From NCBI GenBank assembly GCA_963662715.1, contig OY759724.1, positions 2,310,001 through 2,342,000 of the forward strand: 32,000 nucleotides of DNA, written 5' to 3'. This DNA is from Candidatus Omnitrophota bacterium (lineage in GTDB: Bacteria > Omnitrophota > Gorgyraeia > Zapsychrales > JANLHA01). Numbering within the stretch: the first letter of the stretch is position 1; each line of letters begins with the position of its first letter. The notes under the pieces were generated by a model. That model made no database searches and was not told where the DNA came from. It saw nothing but the letters and a program-made list of their open reading frames with translations. Of the stretch, positions 8,401-15,409 are shown piece after piece. Both the position numbers and the translations under genes were made by a program.

Positions 8401-11400
8401 CCGCCGGTATCAGCCGTGTTTTACCCGCGTCCAGTCCGCTCGTAGAGACGGAACAGGTCACGATGGCCAAACAGATTATTCCAAGTGTGACTCCGCAGGT
8501 TATCACGCAGGCGATCGAAGGCTCGAACGTAGCGCCAGAGAGAAAAGACACGTTAAGGAGAGAAGTACAGGCCGAGGTGAGCAGAGCAACCAGCGAGAAC
8601 CGGCCAATCTCATTAGCGAACATTCCGAATTTGGCGATGGATTTGGAGAAACCGGAGACGGGGATAGCCGCCGGCATCAGCCGGGTGGCTCCGAAAGCAG
8701 GCCCTGAAATGAAGGCCGGTGAAGTGAATATAGCGAAACAGATCCTGCCCAGCCTGACGGAAGCGGTTATCACGCAGGCGATCACAGGCTCAAACGTAGC
8801 GCCGGAGAGAAAAGACACGTTAAGGAGAGAAGTAGCGGCCGAGGTGAGCAAAGCGACCAGCGAGAACCGGCCGATTTCATTAGCGAATATTCCGAATCTG
8901 ACGATGGATTTGGAGAAACCGGAGACAGGTATCGCCGCCGGTATCAGCCGTGTTCTGCCGACGTCCAGTCCGCTCGTAGAGACGGAACAGGTCACGATGG
9001 CCAAGAATATCATCCCGAGCGTGAGTCCGCAGGTTATCACACAGGCGATTGAAACCGCGAATGTGACACCGCAAAGAAAAGACACGTTAAGGAGAGAAGT
9101 GGCGGCCGAGGTGAGCAAAGCAACCAGCGAGAACCGGCCGGTCTCATTAGCGAACATCCCGAATCTGACCATGGATTTGGAGAAACCGGAAACAGGGATC
9201 GCCGCCGGCATCAGCCGTGTTTTACCCGCGTCCAGTCCGCTCGTAGAGACGGAACAGGTAGCGATGGCCAAACAGATCATTCCGAGCGTGACTCCGCAGG
9301 TTATCACGCAGGCGATCGAAGGCTCGAACGTAGCGCCGGAGAGAAAGGACACGTTAAGGAGAGAAGTGGCGGCTGAGGTGAGCAGAGCGACCAGCGAAAA
9401 CCGGCCGGTCTCATTAGCGAACATCCCGAACCTGGCGATGGATTTAGAGAAACCGGAGACGGGGATCGCCGCCGGAATCAGCCGGGTAGCGCCGAAAGCA
9501 GGCCCGGTGACAGCAGCCGGTGAAGTGAATATAGCAAAACAGATCCTGCCCAGCCTGACGGAAGCGGTAATTACTCAGGCGATCTCAGGATCGAACGTAG
9601 CGCCGCAGAGAAAAGACACGTTAAGGAGAGAAGTGGCGGCCGAGGTGAGCAAAGCGACCAGCGAGAACCGGCCGATCTCATTAGCGAATATTCCGAATTT
9701 GACGATGGATTTAGAGAAACCGGAAACGGGGATAGCCGCCGGCATCAGCCGTGTTATGCCGACGTCCAGTCCGCTCGTAGAGACGGAACAGATCACGATG
9801 GCCAAACAGATCATTCCAAGCGTGACTCCGCAGGTTATCACGCAGGCGATCGAAGGCTCGAACGTAGCACCACAGAGAAAGGACACGTTAAGGAGAGAAG
9901 TAGCGGCCGAGGTGAGCAGAGCAACCAGCGAGAACCGGCCGGTCTCATTAGCGAATATTCCGAATTTGGCGATGGATTTAGAGAAGCCGGAAACGGGAAT
10001 AGCCGCCGGAATCAGCCGTGTTCTGCCAACGTCCAGTCCGCTCGTAGAGACGGAACAGGTCACGATGGCCAAGCAGATCATTCCGAGCGTGACTCCGCAG
10101 GTTATCACGCAGGCGATCGAAGGCTCGAACGTAGCGCCGGAAAGAAAAGACACGTTAAGGAGAGAAGTAGCGGCCGAGGTGAGCAGAGCGACCAGCGAGA
10201 ACCGGCCGGTCTCATTAGCGAACATCCCGAATCTGGCGATGGATCTGGAGAAACCGGAGACGGGGATTGCCGCCGGGATCAGCCGGGTAGCGCCGTCCGC
10301 CAGACCTGACACGGCAGCCGGTGAAGTGAATATAGCAAAACAAATCCTGCCCAGCCTGACGGAAGCGGTAATCACGCAGGCGATTTCAGGCTCGAATGTT
10401 GCGCCGGAGAGAAAAGACACGTTAAGAAGAGAAGTCGCGGCCGAGGTGAGCAAAGCGACCAGCGAGAACCGGCCGGTCTCATTAGCGAATATTCCGAACC
10501 TGGCGATGGATTTAGAGAAACCGGAGACGGGGATAGCCGCCGGCATCAGCCGGGTTTTACCTGCGTCCAGTCCGCTCGTAGCGACGGAACAGATCACGAT
10601 GGCCAAACAGATCATTCCGAGCGTGAGTCCGCAGGTTATCACGCAGGCGATCGAAGGCTCGAACATAGCGCCGGAGAGAAAGGACACGTTAAGGAGAGAA
10701 GTCGCGGCCGAGGTGAGCAAAGCGACCAGCGAGAACCGGCCGGTCTCATTAGCGAACATCCCGAATCTGGCGATGGATCTGGAGAAACCGGAGACGGGGA
10801 TAGCCGCCGGCATCAGCCGTGTTATGCCGACGTCCAGTCCGCTCGTAGAGACGGAACAGATCACGATGGCCAAACAGATCATTCCAAGCGTGACTCCGCA
10901 GGTTATCACGCAGGCGATCGAAGGCTCGAACGTAGCACCACAGAGAAAGGACACGTTAAGGAGAGAAGTAGCGGCCGAGGTGAGCAGAGCGACCAGCGAG
11001 AACCGGCCGATCTCATTAGCGAACGTCCCGAATCTGGCGATGGATTTAGAGAAACCGGAGACGGGGATCGCCGCCGGAATCAGCCGGGTAGCTCCGAAAG
11101 CAGGCCCGGTGACAGCAGCCGGTGAAGTGAATATAGCAAAACAGATCCTGCCCAGCCTGACGGAAGCGGTAATTACGCAGACGATTTCAGGCTCGAACGT
11201 AGCACCGGAGAGAAAAGACACGTTAAGGAGAGAAGTGGCGGCCGAGGTGAGCAAAGCGACCAGCGAGAACCGGCCGATCTCATTAGCGAACATCCCGAAT
11301 CTGGTGATGGATTTGGAGAAACCGGAGACGGGGATCGCCGCCGGAATCAGCCGTGTTCTGCCGACGTCCAGTCCGCTCGTAGAGACGGAACAGGTCACGA

Positions 11401-14400
11401 TGGCCAAGCAGATCATTCCGAGCGTGAGTCCGCAGATTATCACGCAGGCGATCTCGGGCTCGAATGTTGCACCACAGAGAAAAGACACGTTAAGGAGAGA
11501 AGTGGCGGCCGAGGTGAGCAGAGCGACCAGCGAGAACCGGCCGATCTCACTAGCGAACATCCCGAATCTGGCGATGGATCTGGAGAAACCGGAGACGGGG
11601 ATAGCCGCCGGAATCAGCCGTGTTATGCCGACATCCAGTCCGCTCGTAGAGACGGAACAGGTAGCGATGGCCAAACAGATCATTCCGAGCGTGACTCCGC
11701 AGATTATCACTCAGGCGATCGAAGGCTCGAACGTAGCACCACAGAGAAAGGACACGTTAAGGAGAGAAGTACAGGCCGAGGTGAGCAGAGCAACCAGCGA
11801 GAACCGGCCGATTTCATTAGCGAACATCCCGAATCTGGCGATGGATTTAGAGAAACCGGAAACGGGGATAGCTGCCGGGATCAGCCGGATAGCTCCGAAA
11901 GCAGGCCCTGAGACGAAAGCCGGGGAAGTGAATATAGCAAAACAAATCCTGCCCAGCCTGACGGAAGCGGTTATCACGCAGGCGATTTCAGGCTCGAACG
12001 TAGCGCCGGAAAGAAAGGACACGTTAAGGAGAGAAGTACAGGCCGAGGTGAGCAGAGCGACCAGCGAGAACCGGCCGATCTCATTAGCGAACATCCCGAA
12101 TCTGGCGATGGATTTGGAGAAACCGGAAACAGGGATCGCCGCCGGAATCAGCCGTGTTATGCCGACGTCCAGTCCGCTCGTAGAGACGGAACAGGTCACG
12201 ATGGCCAAACAGATCATTCCGAGCGTGACTCCGCAGGTTATCACGCAGGCGATCGAAGGCTCGAACGTAGCGCCGGAAAGAAAGGATACGTTAAGGAGAG
12301 AGGTGCAGGCCGAGGTGAGCAGAGCGACCAGCGAGAACCGGCCGGTCTCATTAGCGAACATCCCGAATCTGGCGATGGATTTGGAGAAACCGGAGACGGG
12401 GATCGCCGCCGGCATCAGCCGGGTGGCGCCGTCCGCAAGACCAGATACAGCAGCTGCTGAAGTGAATATAGCAAAACAGATTCTGCCCAGCCTGACGGAA
12501 GCCGTGATTACGCAGGCGATCTCAGGCTCGAACGTTGCACCACAGAGAAAAGACACGTTAAGGAGAGAAGTACAGGCCGAGGTGAGTAAAGCGACCAGCG
12601 AGAACCGGCCGATCTCATTAGCGAACATCCCGAATCTGGCGATGGATTTAGAGAAACCGGAAACGGGGATCGCCGCCGGCATCAGCCGTGTTATGCCGAC
12701 GTCCAGTCCGCTCGTAGAGACGGAACAGGTCACGATGGCCAAACAGATCATTCCAAGCGTGACTCCGCAGATTATCACGCAGGCGATCGAAGGCTCGAAC
12801 GTAGCGCCGGAAAGAAAAGACACGTTAAGGAGAGAAGTGGCGGCCGAGGTGAGCAAAGCGACCAGCGAGAACCGGCCGGTCTCATTAGCGAACATCCCGA
12901 ACCTGGCGATGGATCTGGAGAAACCAGAAACAGGGATCGCTGCCGGCATCAGCCGGGTAGCGCCGAAAGCAGGCCCTGAGATGAAAGCCGGTGAAGTGAA
13001 TATAGCAAAACAGATCCTGCCCAGCCTGACGGAAGCGGTAATTACGCAGGCGATTTCAGGCTCGAATGTTGCGCCGGAGAGAAAAGACACGTTAAGAAGA
13101 GAAGTACAGGCCGAGGTGAGCAAAGCGACCAGCGAGAACCGGCCGATCTCATTAGCGAACATCCCGAACCTGGCGATGGATTTAGAGAAACCGGAGACAG
13201 GGATCGCCGCCGGCATCAGCCGTGTTCTGCCGACGTCCAGTCCGCTCGTAGAGACGGAGCAGGTCACGGTGGCCAAACAGATCATTCCGAGCGTGAGTCC
13301 GCAGATTATCACGCAGGCGATCGAAGGCTCGAACGTAGCACCACAGAGAAAAGACACGTTAAGGAGAGAAGTGGCGGCCGAGGTGAGCAAAGCGACCAGC
13401 GAGAACCGGCCGATCTCATTAGCGAACGTCCCGAATCTGGCGATGGATTTAGAGAAACCGGAGACGGGGATCGCCGCCGGCATCAGCCGGGTCGTCCCTG
13501 CATTAACTTCTCAAGTTTCTTCAGAACGTATTTCAACTGCACAGGATATGGTTCCTAACCTCAGCCCGGCTATTATTGCAGACGCAATCAATACTGCCTC
13601 GTTGCCGGAAGCTGCTCGTCGGGAATTGCAGCAGGAATTTGAGCCTGTGAGCCGGAAAGCTTTATCAGAAGGCAAAACGGTTGAGATGAAGAATTTGCCT
13701 AAATTGGCAGCTGCTATTAATAATCCCACAACGAGGATAGCTGAAAATTTATTGAGAAATGTTCCTGCAACACCTTCGGTGGAAACTCAGGCGATGCAAA
13801 TTGAATCAGTTAAAGCGATCCTGCCTCAACTTTCATCACCGATAGTCGCTCAGGCGATCAGTGAATCCAATCTTTCGGAACAAGAGCAGGTCGATTTGAT
13901 CGGTAAATTTACGGTCGCAAGTAATTTGGCCGAGAAAACCGGACGTTTCGTTGACATTAATGCGATCCCCGGGCTTGTTCAGGCCATTGAAAAACCGGAT
14001 ACCGGATTAGCTCTTCAATTAGCCAAAGCCGTTCCTACCAAATTGGAATCCGCCGTGAATAAGCAGAATTTAAAAGTGAATACGCTTTCTTCTTTAGCCA
14101 ATCAGACGAGAGAGCTTGATGCTTTATTCAGAAAAGCGCCTGATATTGGAGCCAGGGAAAGAGAGCAGCTTATTCAGGAGATTCAGCAGCTCAAGAGAAC
14201 AGGCGGTCTGTCGGATATTAAGAAATTCCGTTCACAAGCATCACCGGAACTTTTAGCCCGGGTAACCAAACCTCCGATCGGCCCAGAGCTGGAAAGAGTC
14301 GGTGGTATTAATTTGAACGCCAAGCTCTTTGATTTTCAAATTAATAAGGAGGGGAAGGGCATTGATATCCCTATCGCTCTAAAAGATGGTCAGGAAATCA

Positions 14401-14525
14401 ATTTTGGCGGTCTGGAGCCGTTTGTCATCGAAGTTGTTCCGGCGACGCCAGAATCTATTCCATTCAATGAATCCAGTACTGATACAGCTGTGAAAGATGA
14501 TCCTTTGAGAATTTCGAAATACTAG
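5349..14525 (+). CDS. Giant secreted tandem-repeat protein (about 3058 aa): N-terminal conserved-looking domain, 28 x ~89-aa modules, C-terminal domain; function unknown (putative surface fibre or adhesin)
   Basis: A single uninterrupted 9.2-kb frame. AAGGAG (5336-5341) lies 7 nt upstream of the ATG at 5349. There is an N-terminal signal peptide. Degenerate flanking repeat units are conserved at protein level only in this frame. A strong terminator follows directly downstream. Confidence 0.9.
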   Translation: MFQIIPKTAQKMFSLVLVGIFCVYLVFPPILSAELLKLPDPGTTISFSPGYQPAVIAGVVVNSEDPLMFDFIIDRGDSGLLGAELEAETNKLVKYFLAALTIPEEEVWVNLSPYERELMIPFALGITEMGKDMLAQDYLLKQMTASLTHPESEVGKKFWEKVYEKAYKLYGTTEIPINTFSKVWIVPNNAVVLEKDGTAYVVENTLKVMLEEDYLAIEKNLDNTEIGTDQLTKERVEYINNLSAEIVNEIILPELSTEVNEGKNFGLVRQVYNSVILATWYKDRLKETLLGRIYVDRNKVAGVDVSDKTIKEKIYTQYMDALRQGVYNFIKEDVAPGTNETLQRRYFSGGIEFAINVNKTSSPILLGQKAQKNWKSMSSGIATREKSFDNVERYVRARVGLNTTLPILTNTQHVAKTVLPNLSYSAVNAAIDNSTNIPDDRKLELKKEFMAASQESKRTGRPIQLSQVPEMVKEIELGGASGLTENLTGVLPTVSQDVAVSQVDFAKNVVPNLSVPMVNQMIDQSNLSDNERVVLKAEFKQASDIALAEKKPIRLSSLPQLVGALDNIESGLAVEISRSLPSQRPDVVQTQVNVAKQIIPSVSSPLITQAIEGSNISPERKDTLRKEVQAEISKATSENRPISLANIPNLAMDLEKPETGIAAGISRVLPTSSPLVETEQVSMAKQMIPSVTPQVITQAITGSNVAPERKDTLRREVQAEVSRATSENRPISLANIPNLAMDLEKPETGIAAGISRVAPKAGPEMKAGEVNIAKQILPSLTEAVITQAITGSNVAPERKDTLRREVAAEVSRATSENRPVSLANIPNLAMDLEKPETGIAAGISRVLPASSPLVETEQVTMAKQIIPSVTPQVITQAIEGSNVAPERKDTLRREVQAEVSRATSENRPISLANIPNLAMDLEKPETGIAAGISQVAPSARPDTAAAEVNIAKQILPSVTPQIITQAIEGSNVAPERKDTLRREVAAEVSKATSENRPVSLTNIPNLAMDLEKPETGIAAGISRVLPASSPLVETEQVTMAKQIIPSVTPQVITQAIEGSNVAPERKDTLRREVQAEVSRATSENRPISLANIPNLAMDLEKPETGIAAGISRVAPKAGPEMKAGEVNIAKQILPSLTEAVITQAITGSNVAPERKDTLRREVAAEVSKATSENRPISLANIPNLTMDLEKPETGIAAGISRVLPTSSPLVETEQVTMAKNIIPSVSPQVITQAIETANVTPQRKDTLRREVAAEVSKATSENRPVSLANIPNLTMDLEKPETGIAAGISRVLPASSPLVETEQVAMAKQIIPSVTPQVITQAIEGSNVAPERKDTLRREVAAEVSRATSENRPVSLANIPNLAMDLEKPETGIAAGISRVAPKAGPVTAAGEVNIAKQILPSLTEAVITQAISGSNVAPQRKDTLRREVAAEVSKATSENRPISLANIPNLTMDLEKPETGIAAGISRVMPTSSPLVETEQITMAKQIIPSVTPQVITQAIEGSNVAPQRKDTLRREVAAEVSRATSENRPVSLANIPNLAMDLEKPETGIAAGISRVLPTSSPLVETEQVTMAKQIIPSVTPQVITQAIEGSNVAPERKDTLRREVAAEVSRATSENRPVSLANIPNLAMDLEKPETGIAAGISRVAPSARPDTAAGEVNIAKQILPSLTEAVITQAISGSNVAPERKDTLRREVAAEVSKATSENRPVSLANIPNLAMDLEKPETGIAAGISRVLPASSPLVATEQITMAKQIIPSVSPQVITQAIEGSNIAPERKDTLRREVAAEVSKATSENRPVSLANIPNLAMDLEKPETGIAAGISRVMPTSSPLVETEQITMAKQIIPSVTPQVITQAIEGSNVAPQRKDTLRREVAAEVSRATSENRPISLANVPNLAMDLEKPETGIAAGISRVAPKAGPVTAAGEVNIAKQILPSLTEAVITQTISGSNVAPERKDTLRREVAAEVSKATSENRPISLANIPNLVMDLEKPETGIAAGISRVLPTSSPLVETEQVTMAKQIIPSVSPQIITQAISGSNVAPQRKDTLRREVAAEVSRATSENRPISLANIPNLAMDLEKPETGIAAGISRVMPTSSPLVETEQVAMAKQIIPSVTPQIITQAIEGSNVAPQRKDTLRREVQAEVSRATSENRPISLANIPNLAMDLEKPETGIAAGISRIAPKAGPETKAGEVNIAKQILPSLTEAVITQAISGSNVAPERKDTLRREVQAEVSRATSENRPISLANIPNLAMDLEKPETGIAAGISRVMPTSSPLVETEQVTMAKQIIPSVTPQVITQAIEGSNVAPERKDTLRREVQAEVSRATSENRPVSLANIPNLAMDLEKPETGIAAGISRVAPSARPDTAAAEVNIAKQILPSLTEAVITQAISGSNVAPQRKDTLRREVQAEVSKATSENRPISLANIPNLAMDLEKPETGIAAGISRVMPTSSPLVETEQVTMAKQIIPSVTPQIITQAIEGSNVAPERKDTLRREVAAEVSKATSENRPVSLANIPNLAMDLEKPETGIAAGISRVAPKAGPEMKAGEVNIAKQILPSLTEAVITQAISGSNVAPERKDTLRREVQAEVSKATSENRPISLANIPNLAMDLEKPETGIAAGISRVLPTSSPLVETEQVTVAKQIIPSVSPQIITQAIEGSNVAPQRKDTLRREVAAEVSKATSENRPISLANVPNLAMDLEKPETGIAAGISRVVPALTSQVSSERISTAQDMVPNLSPAIIADAINTASLPEAARRELQQEFEPVSRKALSEGKTVEMKNLPKLAAAINNPTTRIAENLLRNVPATPSVETQAMQIESVKAILPQLSSPIVAQAISESNLSEQEQVDLIGKFTVASNLAEKTGRFVDINAIPGLVQAIEKPDTGLALQLAKAVPTKLESAVNKQNLKVNTLSSLANQTRELDALFRKAPDIGAREREQLIQEIQQLKRTGGLSDIKKFRSQASPELLARVTKPPIGPELERVGGINLNAKLFDFQINKEGKGIDIPIALKDGQEINFGGLEPFVIEVVPATPESIPFNESSTDTAVKDDPLRISKY
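6546..7085 (+). repeat. Two degenerate N-terminal copies (91 and 89 aa) of the 89-aa module
   Basis: They align to the core unit through shared landmarks: AK-x-[VI]-[VIL]-P-[NS]-L-S, Q/A-I-[DE]-x-S-N, a charged helix-like stretch, [RK]-P-I-x-L-S, and P-x-[LM]-V/A ... G-[LI]-A/T. Nucleotide similarity to the core units is low. Confidence 0.7.
7086..13493 (+). repeat. 24 near-identical in-frame tandem units of exactly 267 bp (89 aa)
   Basis: The motif GIAAGIS occurs 24 times in the translation at a constant 89-aa spacing. The 267-bp period was checked at nucleotide level (for example 7316 vs 7583). The unit boundaries used here give 7086 + 24 x 267 - 1 = 13493. Confidence 0.95.
13494..14030 (+). 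repeat. Two degenerate C-terminal copies (89 and 90 aa) of the module
   Basis: VPALTSQVSSERISTAQDMVPNLSPAIIADAINTASLPEAARREL... and VPATPSVETQAMQIESVKAILPQLSSPIVAQAISESNLSEQEQ... keep the same landmark spacing as the core unit, including EKPDTGLA in the last copy. Confidence 0.7.
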
Positions 14526-14549
14526 TATTCATTGACACGGTATTGAAAA

Positions 14550-14582
14550 GGCGGGAATCATGATTGATTCCCGCCTTTTTGT
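14550..14582 (+). terminator. Rho-independent terminator of the giant gene
   Basis: A perfect 10-bp stem, GGCGGGAATC (14550-14559) with GATTCCCGCC (14566-14575), a 6-nt loop, then TTTTTGTT. Confidence 0.85.
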
Positions 14583-14590
14583 TATCGCGA

Positions 14591-15145
14591 AAAAACCACG
14601 GCCATGAGGCCGTGGATGAAGCGTTTCCGAGGTCTTGGTTGCGTATGATACAATGGGTGCATGAGATATTTGAAGCAAGGACACACAGTTTACTATGCCA
14701 GATACCATATTGTCATTTGTACAAGATATAGGCGAAAGATATTGCGATGGGGTTCGGCGGAGTATGTCAAAAGATGCGTTTTGGGAGTGATGAGACGGTA
14801 TCCTGAGATCATCATTGAAAAAGTAAATACAGATTTAGATCATATGCATCTTTTGGCATCAATTCCGCCGAAGATGGCTGTAAGTCATGCAGTAAATCTG
14901 ATTAAGAGTAACACAGCAAAGCTGATGAGGCGGCGATATAAGTTTTTAGACAAGATGTATGTGAAAAAGGCAGGGATATGGTCAGCAGGGTATTTTGTGT
15001 CAACGGTTGGAGCCGACGAAGAATCGATAAAGCGATACATCGAATATCAAGGCCGGGAAGACCGAGGACAAACGCAGATAGAATTTTAGCTGCGTTTGCA
15101 CAGTCAAAATAGTTAAGAAACCACGGCCGTGAGGCCGTGGAGTTT
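14591..15145 (+). mobile_element. IS200/IS605-family insertion sequence (TnpA only), approximate ends
   Basis: A Y1 transposase ORF is bracketed by two same-orientation 20-nt hairpins: CCACGGCC-ATGA-GGCCGTGG (14596-14615) and CCACGGCC-GTGA-GGCCGTGG (15121-15140). Both are preceded by GAAA(A). This matches the subterminal LE/RE hairpin architecture of the family. Exact cleavage sites were not determined. Confidence 0.8.
14661..15089 (+). CDS. tnpA: IS200/IS605 family Y1 (HUH) transposase TnpA
   Basis: YHIVICTRYRRKIL, the HUH motif in LDHMHLL, SAGYFVSTVG, and the C-terminal IKRYIEYQ (catalytic Tyr context). At 142 aa the size is typical. Confidence 0.92.
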   Translation: MRYLKQGHTVYYARYHIVICTRYRRKILRWGSAEYVKRCVLGVMRRYPEIIIEKVNTDLDHMHLLASIPPKMAVSHAVNLIKSNTAKLMRRRYKFLDKMYVKKAGIWSAGYFVSTVGADEESIKRYIEYQGREDRGQTQIEF

Positions 15146-15409
15146 CATTGTGCCAATCATAAATGGCCAGAAAATGATTTAAAGCATTGATTTCCCCTTC
15201 AAATATCTATATAGTTTAGAAGTAAGTTTTGTTCCTGTTTGGGCCCGTTGCGAGGTTGAACATTCCCCTCTTTGCGCTATGAGTGTCCTCCTCTTGATTG
15301 AGGCGTGCCTGGTTGGGTTTTTAATAAATTCATATTTTATATGATCTCGTCGTTTTTTATCCTTTTCAATATCACGCAAAACTGTTGCGGGCTTATCATA
15401 AGAAAAGAC

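Noticed and set aside
7118-13483. Three very long minus-strand ORFs (768, 711 and 590 aa) run through the repeat array. All are in the same antisense frame, giving about 6.3 kb that is almost free of stops.
   Set aside because: They mirror the sense repeats and translate to low-complexity Cys/Ser/Ala/Phe-rich sequence (…PAAIPVSGFSKSIARFGMFANE…). They are broken by stops (a gap at 9425-9574 and a stop at 11711-11713) and have no start signals. They end where the near-identical core ends, whereas the + frame continues through diverged units with protein-level conservation. This antisense frame shares its wobble positions with the sense codons, which is the frame that most often stays open by chance in GC-rich coding DNA. 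Ribo-seq or proteomics would be needed to overturn this.
7086-13493. Whether the 267-bp array (and the 79-bp array at 18961-19214) could be CRISPR.
   Set aside because: Units abut directly with no unique spacers. The 267-bp units are far longer than CRISPR repeats and lie inside a continuous coding frame. No cas genes are present in the window.
14596-15140. Interpreting tnpA as a REP-associated tyrosine transposase (RAYT) flanked by REP sequences rather than as an IS200 element.
   Set aside because: The two hairpins are in the same orientation with similar 5' flanks, as for IS200/IS605 LE/RE. The protein has the compact IS200 TnpA layout. No additional copies of the hairpin occur elsewhere in this window. 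A genome-wide search could still revise this.
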